From Tubiluchus corallicola (Eukaryota; Animalia; Priapulida): a DNA stretch of 64,000 bases. Positions 1 through 11,400 of this stretch are shown piece after piece. Numbering within the stretch: the stretch's first letter is position 1; each line of letters begins with the position of its first letter. The notes under the pieces were generated by a model. It made no database searches, was not told the origin of the DNA, and was given only the letters and a program-made list of their open reading frames with translations. The stretch is from the NCBI GenBank assembly GCA_030141605.1, contig JAQGDQ010000445.1:1-64000 (forward strand), written 5' to 3'. The translations under genes and the position numbers were made by a program.

Positions 1-2051
1 CATTTAACGAAAGTTTGTTAGTTGTAAACAAGTCTGACATATTGAACGCATGAAACATTTTGTTATGGGATGTTACACTAATGGCTTTTGTGTAAGTATC
101 TTAATAAACATTGGCTGTATTTAGCCCAATGACTGTGCAACGGTCTGTTCAGTCTTTTTAATGCAAAAGCTACCCGTAGATGGCGCCAGCATGCGACCAA
201 GTCTTGTCCTGGTGGTTGAGCTATTAAGCTATAATTAGGACTTTCCTCGTCAAACTTGTGTCTGATGATTCGCGGTACTGAACTTGTAATCCTAAAGGTT
301 TCTGGTTCGATTCGAATGCCCAATACATTTTATTATTTTCATGCGTTTTTTATGTTTAAAAATCAATAATTATAGGTCATATCATGTTCAGTCTTTTTAA
401 TACAAAAGCTATCCGTAGATGGCGCCAGCATGCGACTAAGTCTTAGAAGTTTTGTCTTGGTGGTTGAACTATTAAACTTCAATTAGGACTTTTGCTCGTC
501 ACCACTTGTGACTAGTGTTCATGGTACTGAATTTGTATTCTAAAGGTTCTAGTTCAAATTCTAATGCCTACTTACATTTGTTATCGTCCTTTTTTTTTCT
601 CCCTATTCTCCAATAATCAAATGATTTATTACCATGTTAATTCTTTTCAGGGCTTTTAGGGCTCAACAAACGTCTGTGAATACAAAATCCACGGGTCACC
701 TAATTAGTAAAATTCTTACAATTAGTAAAGTCTTTTTAAAAAAAATTAATCTATTGCATACAAGTCATTTTATAAAAATTCCACATGCCACAAATTTATT
801 TAGTACACAGTGCTACAGATGGCGCCAGCAGTCAGTTATTACTAATAGAGTGCGTCGCCAGCTGTTTATTTTTACACCATTAGAAAAAATTACTACACCA
901 AAAAATCAAGCAAAAAATCAAAAATGCGCAAAAATCAAAATTGTTGGAAACCAAATTCTATTTAAACATTTTGTTTCCTGCTCAAGAGATTTCTCACATT
1001 GCCCACTTACTTTTGGCGGTCTGCAGTCCGAAAAATACCGCGCAATTATTTTTATGTTGGTTTAAAAGTAAACTAATTGTATTTTTTTTACTTTTGTGAC
1101 TTGTGAACTACGAAAATTCACAAGTCAATTCACAATTCCTTGCGCAGAGACATGCAATTTTTAATTTAAGGACTTTTATTACATGTCTCCACTAGGCCTA
1201 GGAGAAAAAACAGAAAATTCTAATGAAAGAATAATCTTATTTCAGTTGATATTTGTTAAAGCAAAGTGCACCAGCTACACAAGGACAGTAAAGTCTACAC
1301 GAAAAACAACGTAAACAACGTCCAGAAAGAAACCTGTTGGCTAAAAATGTCCTTTTTGCGTACAAGTTAATATATCCAACAGCTACGGGTAGCTATTGTA
1401 TTAAAGAGACTGAACATAATATGACCTATAATTATTGATTTTTAAACAGAAAAACGCAGGAAAATAACAAATGGGCAGGCATTAGAATTGAACCAGGAAC
1501 CTTTAGAATACAAATTCAGTACCATGAACGCTAGACACAAGTGGTGACGAGAAAAAGCCCTAATTGAAGTTTAATAGCTCAACCACCAAGACAAAATTTC
1601 TAAAACTTAGTCGCATGCTGATGCCATCTACGGGTAGCTTTTGTATTAAAAAGACTGAACATGGTATGACCTATAATTATTGATTTTCAAACATAAAAAA
1701 CGCATGAAAATAACAAATGGGCTGGCATTAGAATCGAATCAGGAACCTTTAGATTACAAGTTCAGTACCATGAACACTAGACACAAGCTTTGACGAGGAA
1801 AGTCCTAATTATAGCTTAATAGCTCAACCACCAAGACAAAATTTCCAAGACTTTGTCGCATGCTAGCGCCATCTACGGGTAGCTTTTGCATTAAAAAGAC
1901 TGAACAGACCGTTGCACAGTCATTGGGCTAAATACAGCCAATGTTTACTAAGATACTTACACAAAAGCCATTAGTGTAACATCCCATAACAAAATGTTTC
2001 ATGCGTTCAATCTGCCAGCCTTGTTTACAACTAACAAACTTTCGTTAAATG
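1..2051. mobile_element. Foldback-like long inverted repeat; arms ~1-590 and ~1380-2051, built from ~240-bp subrepeats; may extend left of the window
   Basis: Bases 1-24 (catttaacgaaagtttgttagttg) are the reverse complement of 2028-2051. Similarity continues for hundreds of bp. The unit containing 'aaaagctacccgtagatggcgccagcatgcgac' recurs at ~165 and ~405, and inverted at ~1610 and ~1855. No transposase ORF. Confidence 0.8.
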
Positions 2052-2585
2052 AAAACCGGATGATTGTGTAAACATTAGTTCAGAATGAAAAATGTTCTAA
2101 AATATTGAAAACTACAAAAGCTTTTTTTAAATCAAAGCTTAGATTAAATAATAATTACCTCGGATACTCAAATTTCGTTAAATTTTCAAAGCTCAGTGAA
2201 TCTACTAAGATTGGCAGCGGTGCCTTTTTGTCACATTCGCGTGGCCGACAAATAGAAGGCGATACCGTGATAAACATGGTCATGAACTGCAGTGTTAGTT
2301 TCTGACGTCATATGACGTAGAGCCCATTTTGTGACATCAAGCGTTTAAGCAGTAAAACTTACGCAAACGTGCTTGACGCGCAAGGGAAGACGCCTACCAT
2401 TGCACAAACTGTGGTTAGTTTCTGACGTAAGCAATAGCTGTGTGTTCGGTTGCCACTAATTAACTTTCTAAGCTAATTATTTAAATATAAGAAACAATTG
2501 CTAACTTTTGTAGGCAAGAAAATGTATATTTTGGACAGTAAACTAAAAAGAGATTGAGTCTAAACAATCGTCGTCCGGTCTTCCT
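2049..2585 (-). mobile_element. Non-autonomous DNA transposon (MITE family A), Kolobok-like
   Basis: TTAA at 2045-2048 and 2586-2589; termini atgaaaaccgg...ccggtcttcct. Inverted homologue of 12059-12585. A TTAA target duplication with AG...CT ends fits Kolobok rather than piggyBac (CC...GG). Confidence 0.75.
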
Positions 2586-2647
2586 TTAACTGTGGACAAA
2601 TCAAACTACAAGATTTTCATTTTTTGCTGTAAAAATTAAACGTTTAT

Positions 2648-4064
2648 GAACTTAGTACTGAGTGAACGTGTTGTTGAACTTAGTACTGAGTGAACGTGTT
2701 GTTGAACTTGGTACTGAGTGAACGTGTTGTTGAACTTTGTACTGATGAACGTGTGACTTGTACTGAGTGAACGTGTGTTGAACTTAGTACTGAGTGAACG
2801 TGTTGTTGAACTTGGTACTGAGTGAACGTGTTGTTGAACTTGGTACTGAGTGAACGTGTTGTTGAACTTGGTACTGAGTGAACGTGTTGTTGAACTTGGT
2901 ACTGAGTGAACGTGTTGTTGAACTCGGTACTGAGTGAACGTGTTGTTGAACTTGGTACTGAGTGAACGTGTTGTTGAACTTTGTACTGAGTGAACGTGTT
3001 GTTGAACTTAGTACTGAGTGAACGTGTTGTTGAACTTGGTACTGAGTGAACGTGTTGTTGAACTTGGTACTGAGTGAACATGTTGATGAACTTAGTACTG
3101 AGTGAACGTGTTGTTGAACTTGGTACTGAGTGAACGTGTTGTTGAACTTGGTACTGAGTGAACGTGTTGTTGAACTTGGTACTGAGTGAACGTGTTGTTG
3201 AACTTGGTACTGAGTGAACGTGTTGATGAACTTGGTACTGAGTGAGGGTGTTGTTGAACTTTGTACTGAGTGAACGTGTTGTTGAACTTAGTACTGAGTG
3301 AACGTGCTGTTGAACTTAGTACTGAGTGAACGTGTTGTTGAACTTGATACTGAGTGAACGTGTTGTTGAACTTGGTACTGAGTGAACGTGTTGTTGAACT
3401 TGGTACTGAGTGAACGTGTTGTTGAACTTGGTACTGAGTGAACGTGTTGTTGAACTTGGTACTGAGTGAACGTGTTGTTGAACTTGGTACTGAGTGAACG
3501 TGTTGTTGAACTTGGTACTGAGTGAACGTGTTGTTGAACTTGGTACTGAATGAACGTGCTGTTGAACTTAGTACTGAGTGAACGTGTTGTTGAACTTGGT
3601 ACTGAGTGAACGTGTTGTTGAACTTGGTACTGAGTGAACATGTTGATGAACTTAGTACTGAGTGAACGTGTTGTTGAACTTGGTACTGAGTGAACGTGTT
3701 GTTGAACTTGGTACTGAGTGAACGTGTTGTTGAACTTGGTACTGAGTGAACGTGTTGTTGAACTTGGTACTGAGTGAACGTGTTGTTGAACTTGGTACTG
3801 AGTGAACGTGTTGTTGAACTTGGTACTGAGTGAACGTGTTGTTGAACTTGGTACTGAGTGAACGTGTTGTTGAACTTGGTACTGAGTGAACGTGTTGTTG
3901 AACTTAGTACTGAGTGAACGTGTTGTTGAACTTAGTACTGAGTGAACGTGTTGTTGAACTTAGTACTGAGTGAACGTGTTGTTGAACTTAGTACTGAGTG
4001 AACGTGTTGTTGAACTTGGTACTGAGTGAACGTGTTGTTGAACTTAGTACTGAGTGAACGTGTT
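2648..4064. repeat. 28-bp tandem satellite (gaacttggtactgagtgaacgtgttgtt), about 50 copies
   Basis: Head-to-tail, near-identical units with no unique spacers. Accounts for the repetitive ORFs 2680-3081, 3288-3641 and 3932-4141. Confidence 0.97.
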
Positions 4065-4067
4065 AAC

Positions 4068-4279
4068 ATGATGGTCGTGTCATATCTGGGAACATTCTTA
4101 CTGTACTGTACATATGCTCTGATAACGAATAGAAAAGTCACGCAACAGAATAAAAAAAGGTGTCAAGAGACATGACCGGAAGAGTTATCCTGATATCCGG
4201 TGTCAGTTCCGGCATTGGCTATGCAGCTGCACAAGAACTGGCCAGAATTGTTTTTAGAATTTTTCTAAAAAACACATAA
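4068..4279 (+). pseudogene. Orphan 5' exon remnant of a short-chain dehydrogenase/reductase (retinol dehydrogenase-like)
   Basis: 4172-4246 translates as MTGRVILISGVSSGIGYAAAQELAR (Rossmann GxxxGIG motif). The ATG at 4068 gives a hydrophobic MMVVSYLGTFLLYCTYALIT...KKRCQ in another frame. Stop at 4277-4279. No further SDR exons were recognised. Confidence 0.65.
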
Positions 4280-4562
4280 TTTGCTTATTTACACATGCTT
4301 ATTTACTGTATATACACCATAGTGTGGCTACGGCACCTGCCTGTTCAGTTTGGCTCTTCTGGAAAGGTCTTTCATTGTAATGAGTCAGGCTGTGGTCACG
4401 CTTTAAATATCACACTGAGAAGACCCTGCTATCGAATGCTTGCAACGTGCTGACGTGGATAAAAAAGTGCCAGACTACTGCAGTTCTGAATAAGCAGTCA
4501 AAATTTCAGATTTTTTAAATTGGATTTAACGTGTTGCTCTTGGATGCAGAATAATTCTTTAG

Positions 4563-4790
4563 AGGAAAACCGGACGAATCTTTAGACTCAATCTCATTTT
4601 TATTTACTGTCCAAAATATACATTTTCTTGTCTGTTAACGTTAGCACTTTTTTCTTATATTTGAATAATTAGCTTAGAAAGTTAATTAACGGCAACCGAA
4701 CACAGCTATTGCTTACGTCAGAAACTAACCAGAGTTTGTGCAATGGCAAGCGTCTTCCACGGCGCATCAACCACATTTGCGTAATAGTTT
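4563..4790 (+). mobile_element. Truncated MITE family A copy
   Basis: Begins aggaaaaccggacgaatctttagactcaatctc and matches 12059 onward for ~230 bp. Confidence 0.7.
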
Positions 4791-5285
4791 TCAAAACAGT
4801 GCCATGTGTCACATGAAGGACTATGAATTTTGCAAGCAGAACTAGCCGTGAACTTTGCGGTCATTGTCACCTTGGCAACGTAATTCCAACCTCTGCAGGT
4901 TGAAGATGTTTTCACCTAAATTCCTGTACTTACTATTTTTTGCAACATTTTATAAGAAGATGTCTGTTTTAAAATTACAGAAGTACCAAAATGACTAAAA
5001 AAAAGTTATATTTGTGCATCGATTGATTAAATAAATGAATGTGTGAATAGGAAATGAACGTGTGAAAAGAGAATAGGGAATTGGAAATAGACTAACGAAT
5101 AGCTTAGCGAATGATTTACTGAAGACCTTGTAAATGATCGAAAATGAATGATTGAAACTAATTGAATTGATTGGAAGAAAATTTCTGAGGTAATGTGCTA
5201 AACTAAATTTTATTTAACAATTATAGTTCTAGATTATAGTTCTCTGCCTGGGGCTTTCACTATCTTTTGGAGCTCTGTTCTTTAG

Positions 5286-5545
5286 AGGAAAACCGGACGA
5301 TTGTTTAGACTCAATCTCATTTTTATTTCCTGTCCAAAATATACATTTTCTTGCCTATAAAAGTTAACAATTGTTCCTTGGATTATTAGCTTAGAAAATT
5401 GATTAACGGCAACCGAACACAGCTATTGCTTACGTCAGAAACTAACCACAGTTTGTGCAATGGCAGGCGTCTTCGCTTACGCGTCAAACACATTTGAATA
5501 AGTGCTGCAGTACTGCTTAAACGCGTGACGTCACGCAAAATAGTT
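5286..5545 (+). mobile_element. Truncated MITE family A copy
   Basis: Begins aggaaaaccggacgattgtttagactcaatctc and matches 12059 onward for ~260 bp. Confidence 0.75.
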
Positions 5546-5793
5546 GTGGCATTTCTCGCTTTGCTGCTGATCTCCATCTTGGTTTGGATGCACACATAAC
5601 TTGTAATTTCCAATCAGACGATCAGGGAACCAGGATGTGAAAGAAATCCCATCAAGATGTCGTGTGTTTATAGCCGTATACTGCCCTTACAGGCATTTAT
5701 ATAAACGAGATACTTTATGATGGTAACTGTTTGTGGTGTGTAAGGCGACTGACTTATTTGAGCTTTATGGGCTTATAAAGTGCTTAAAGCTGT

Positions 5794-6070
5794 ACAGGGG
5801 AACGTGTTACTAAATCAAGATCATTTTGACCGTTAGACGCAGCCATTTTGACGATAATCCATTTGAAACAAGTTTAGATAACACTGAGTAAAGTTTGAAA
5901 AAATAATCAGAGAATTCATAGTGCACAGGACACTAACTAAGTAAAATTTTAAATTACTGTATCTTGTCAGTAAGATTAAAAATACGTTTTCGGTTATGTG
6001 AGTTTACCAATTGTTGAAAACATTTTAAATAATTCATAATTTTCTTTTCTGGTTACATAAGTTTTTCCAG
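5794..6070 (+). repeat. Dispersed repeat (second copy ~41863-42170), possibly a Tc1/mariner-type MITE remnant
   Basis: Shared blocks gcagccattttgac, aaagtttgaaaaaa and cactaactaag...taaattactgtatcttgtca. Both copies start near TA-CAGGG. Confidence 0.55.
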
Positions 6071-6074
6071 TCTT

Positions 6075-7010
6075 TCCATAAGTCAAACCATCTTCCCTTC
6101 TGCAACTTCTTTTCACTGCTCTATCTGCCAGTTGGTACTGCTCATTGGCTTGGCTCTTGCTTTCTAGTGTTTTTGCTAGGTCTCTCTCTTGTTTGATTCT
6201 CTTTCATCTAATAATTCCCAAGTTTTTTCCTGTATCTACATTTATTTCCTGTTAGCCCTTCTTCTGCCAAGCTGTTCATCTGCAACTGTTGTTACTGCTT
6301 CCTTGAATATTTTCCATTGTTCTTCAATTTTGCTGGCTTGTAGTAGTGGTTCAAATCTGTTGCTAAGTGCAAGTTCAAACCTGCTTGCTTTTTCTTGGTT
6401 TTTTAATTTTTCAACCGCAAAAGGTTTGGCGATTTTTGGCTTCTGTATCTTTTTCAGTTTGAGCTGAAGCTTGAAGTAATGACCAGAAGCCAAATCAGCT
6501 CCACGGCAGCTCCACATCAGCTCCACATCAGCTCCACATCAGCTCCACACCAGCTCCACGACAGCTCCACATCAGCTCCACATCAGCTCCACACCAGCTC
6601 CACGGCAGCTCCACCTCAGCTCCACATCAGCTCCACGTCAGCTCCACATCAGCTCCACGGCACACTTCCACACATTTCAGTGCTGATATCCATCTCTTGC
6701 TGGTACAGATGTATTGATTTCATTCAGGGTATTCCCATCTGGTGATCTCCATGTCTTCTTGTGGAAGGTCTTGTGGGCAAAATAGGTGTTTCCAATGCAC
6801 AGTTCATTTAGATTGCACAACAACAGGAGCCGTTCACCATTGTTGTTTGTTTCTGGAGCTGATCCATGTGGCCCGATTACATGCATCAGTCCGTGTCTGT
6901 TGTTGTCAATCTGCGCATTCATGTCACCCATGAAGAGAATGATGTCATGGCTGGGGATGTCATTCAGCACATCTTGGCATTGTTGGTAGAAATCGTCCTT
7001 ATTTTTGCGT
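6075..7010 (-). mobile_element. Decayed non-LTR retrotransposon (RTE-like) AP-endonuclease region
   Basis: ORF 6677-7114 has KDDFY..IILFMGDMNAQI..NNNGERLL..NTYFAHK..TWRSPDG..NEI. ORF 6242-6526 continues RGADLASGH..F.VEKLK..FELALSNRFEPL, typical of the LINE ORF2 endonuclease and linker. Confidence 0.85.
6495..6661. repeat. 11-bp minisatellite (cagctccacat and variants), about 15 copies, inside the LINE remnant
   Basis: Directly visible tandem units. Confidence 0.9.
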
Positions 7011-8437
7011 AATTGGTGGTGACTTACATTTACTGGTGACAACTTTGGCTTGAAAATACAACTAGTGACTGTTAAATTGTAACAAAATAGACAAAGCAAT
7101 GCAAGTATCACCAAACGGCATGATCAGCATAGCGGCAACAGAGAATGTAACTACGTGTAGGAACAAGTGTGATTGATAGGTGGCGTATACTACTAAAGCT
7201 TAGGTCACATGACTAAGGCTGGCTTTGTTTTAAACACTTTCAGGAAATGCATGTTTGTAAAAATACGAAAAGAAAACAAATAATTATAGAATGCTGGATT
7301 AAATTGCTTGACACCAACACTATATGTAGAGGCCAAAGCCACGCTGTTTCAGTTGAGCTCCAGCCGGTTTATTTCTACCTGACCTGGCCGATAAGAAACC
7401 CAGCTTTAATCTCGCCAGCCGCTTTTGTGATAATATCACGCGGCACTGTAAATTACTGGTTGAAATGCAAATGTGCCAGAGATACTAAACTTCAGAAATT
7501 TTTGAACAAGAAAGCTGGTCAATTCAAAATTAAATACACGAATAGGCGACGTTAGTCACACGTATGGGATCATTTTGGTGTTTTAGTATTGATCCGTCAG
7601 TATCAAGATTCGCCAATAATTGGATTTAAACTATATTTGCAATAAACCTATTGTTTTTTATAATTATTTGAATTTGTACATCAGCTTTTTCTCTGTGTAT
7701 AAGCAATAGGAATTATTTTAAAAAGTTGTCTTAATAATTTACAGTTAACTAACAATTTATCATTTATTTAGTTATCAAAAATTCACTGTTTAGTTGATTT
7801 AGCTGATTTTTGACTAAAAAATCAGTCAACTTTAGCCGACCTAGCTGATTTTCTGCGTCAGTTAGCTGCTACTACTTAGCAACTGGACTCCAACGATGAC
7901 GTGTCACTGATAACGTCACAGCACACATGACGCGTTACCGTCGTCTAGATAAACGAAGTCTTCTTCTTGAGGATGCGATTCAGTAGGGCGCTTGTTCAAT
8001 TAATTAAGTAAAAACGTTCTGCTGCATTCAACAAAATAATTACATATACATAGCGTAAGTACAAATATAAATGTTTTGAATTATACTAATTTAACAATTG
8101 TTCCTTTAATCACAAAAGTATAACTGCAAATAATATACCGTTCTAAATGTTAAACATCTGCTTGGCACTGCATGGAGTTCTTATTGTTAAATGTGGTAGA
8201 AATTGCCTCCTGGCAAACAGCAATACGGGTGCTCTTCATATGCTGAAAGTCTTTTTGAGGTTGTAATTCAATAGTGTGCGAAACGTGAGGAAGGTGCTTG
8301 TTAAATTAACTCAGTAGAAACAGTTCGGCTGCTGCTGCATTCATCTGTGTGCATGCATGTGTATTTTATAAACTATATTTGTTTACTCAAAAGTTTTGCT
8401 AGATAAACTGCTCTTTTATTTTCTTCAACAAGTTGAC

Positions 8438-11400
8438 ATGAGTAGAAGAAGAAAGTTTGAAGAGTTTCCCGGGAGGAATCGCTTCTGGTGTCGTGGACGA
8501 TTAATGAGTGGCAAATATCTGAGGATCTTCTATTTTACTTTATTTCTTTTCACTGTAAATACTGCTTTCTTTTTTTATACTGAGTAAGTATTAGAGACAA
8601 ATTACTTACAATATCATCAATAGTTAACAGCTTAGGCAACAAGTAGGATAAGTTCAGGATCCGTGTAACTTAGAATTTGCTGTAATCATTTGGATAGGGT
8701 GTCTATATGTTTGCTGCAATAGGTTTACAAAGCTAAAATTTGATTGTTATCCCATCTAGATATCTGTGTATCACTGATCATATTCGTGATTACCATAATT
8801 ATTGTGAATCGAGTTTGGTTCGCAAACACGAACGTATAGTAGATATTAATATCGTTATTTCAATGCTGAAAACAAATCTGGTGTATACCTCCCTTGAGAA
8901 TGTCCATCGAAGTTTTTCAAACTTGCTTTAAAGGAAAGCAGAATGATTTTTCATACACTACCCCTTTTTCAAGTCCGATAAAAAGTATACAGTTTAAGAC
9001 AATTAATACTGCAAAAGCGTTTTTGATAATTAAATAATAGATTAAAAACTTAATTAACAGTAGACGAACGCAGCTATTGATGACATCAGAAACGAACATA
9101 ATTTTCAACACCAAAAATATTCCACGAGCGTGTTGTACGTGTTTGCGAAAGCGATACTTGAAGTACAAACCTGCTGTAAGATATTCAGTGTGTTGTACTA
9201 AAACTAGACAAGTTTTAAGACAAAAAATTTAAATTTCAAATTTATCGCTGTGCTCATGCATGAGCTGTCGAACGTGTGTAGTTCATCACAAACTAACACA
9301 TCTCAAATGAGGGGTACATCACCTGTTTTTTGTGCAACGCATTTCCGAAATGCAGGCGTTAGTGCCCGGCTAACTAGCGAATGGTGAAATGTATGTACCA
9401 ACAAAGAACTAGTTGCGTGACTGTGAAATTGCGTTTGTGTGCTAATAATTCTTTCAAGTCTTTTTTGAAAAAAATAGTATGTCAATACTTTAAAGAGCAG
9501 ATTGTTTTAACCTACAGTTTAAGATTGGGTCCGGTTTTGCTTTAGCAATTTGAACATTGAGTTACTGCGTGTTTGAACCGAAGACAATTTATAGCAAATA
9601 CAGTTTTAATGGTTTTAATCTTAATAATTTTGTTCCAGTTGTGTATACTTTGCAAGGGAATTTTCAGTCGTTATTCCAGTAATAGGTGCCATTTTATTTC
9701 TGTTGACCGCCTGTTGTTTCTTCCTTACGGCTTGCCGTGATCCGGGGGTTGTGCCCAGATCCACGCCAACACAAGCTGCAGCCATCGAAAGCGAAGTTGG
9801 TAAGTATCATGCAGAAAAGAGAATTAATTGTATATATTAATTGCGGTGGTATAGATATACATGGATATATAACCGACAAGACTACAGTTCCAACGACGGC
9901 ATCATTTTCGGCGATCTATACATCAAACGAAGTGTCCGGACCCACAGATTTGCCATTGGGGATTTATTTTTCGAAATTTTTTGCAAAACTTATACCTCTT
10001 ATTTCTGGAGAACGGGAATGTGCCTGGCATGGTGCCCGCAATGGTTAAATAGTCCGTTCAACGGTGGGTGTTATTATAGTCATATTTAGAATTCGGGGGA
10101 GGGGGAGTGGGCGGAGTGGGGTGGGTGGTGTGGTGTGGTATTGATGATGTGGTGTGTGTGGTGTTGGTTGAGTGGTGTGGGTGGCGTGGTGTTTGGGTGT
10201 TGTGGTTTGGTGGTATGGTGTGGTGCGGTGTGGTGTGATGTGGTGAGGTGTGGGGTTGGTGTGATGTGGGTTGTGTGTTCATTTATGCACAAAATTCTCT
10301 TTGCGGGATTTGGCTAGTTTATAATTAATACTCACTCTTTTATCTCCGCCACGATATTAATGAAATGAAAATGAAATGAATAAAATGAAATGCCCAAATA
10401 AGGAATAAGGGTGACACAGTTTTTATGCGCAGAGACCTAGTGCGCATTCACAGGTTTGACAAAAACAGCCGCATCCTGCAACCCGGCATCAGATCCGGTA
10501 CCTGAGTATCGATCACTTCATACTAGATTGTGGCATATTGGCATGCCTTCTTGGCTATTCACACATCTCACGGAACCATCTTAAACAGCAGCTACAAACA
10601 CTTTCTTTTACTCATGCTTGGGTTAGCCTACTTCCTTGCGATGTAACTCTATAAACAAGTCTTCTCTGTCGTGAAATATACAAAAACTGCCATTTACTCA
10701 TTATGACGCAAGCAACGCATGTTCTAAATTTCCTCGAAAATTTGGATTCTGTGAAAGCTATAAAAGTCGCATTTGTAGACAGTAAGCTTATTACCATCAT
10801 TTTAGGAGCAGAAATCGAGGACTATGTACAATGTTCGTGCAATATTGATAATCAGTTGTTGAATCTATTGGTAGTTGTCATTTCACCCCTCGTGAAACAT
10901 GGCAATGTCAAACATTGTACGGAGTGGTTTAAACTAACCAACAGAATGCATCAGCCGAAATGTAGTACTAATGTTAGTACAATCTGCACATGCGCAAAAC
11001 ATACCTGTAGCTAGACTCATGGAGCTAGTTTTGAAAAATGGCTGTAGTTCGACTATTAAAGCAACTAGATTTGACATATGAATGGTTCGTCATAGTAGCA
11101 CTTCATATCTCGAAGCTGTTGTGAATCAGAGCACAAAAAACTCAGTAAGCGAGTAACCCAATCTTCGCATTCCGGACTAGCTAAAAATGTTATCCAGTGA
11201 AACTTACTGTCAGACCAGTACGCACTATAATGGATTTTTGATGATTTATGTTTATAGCTCAAATGCAAAAAATGTTTAAGTTTCGAAACAAGCTTCCCAC
11301 CAAAACTGTAGAGGTAAATGGACATCCAGTGGAGATGAAATATTGCGTTACTTGCAAAGTTTTCCGACCTCCAAGAGCATCCCACTGTAAGCTGTGTGAT

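Noticed and set aside
634-1065. 143-aa ORF in the foldback spacer as a transposase
   Set aside because: Lys/Ile/Phe-biased low-complexity translation with no DDE or DNA-binding motif.
2648-4064. 28-bp repeats as a CRISPR array
   Set aside because: The units are contiguous with no unique spacers, there are no cas genes, and the context is eukaryotic.
2680-4141. Repetitive ORFs (TQYQVQQHVHSVPSSTTRSLSTKFNN)
   Set aside because: These are translations of a 28-bp unit cycling through three frames and ending at point variants; no evidence of coding.
10058-10317. His/Pro/Thr-rich ORFs
   Set aside because: They derive from the (GTGGT)n simple repeat inside a ZDHHC intron.
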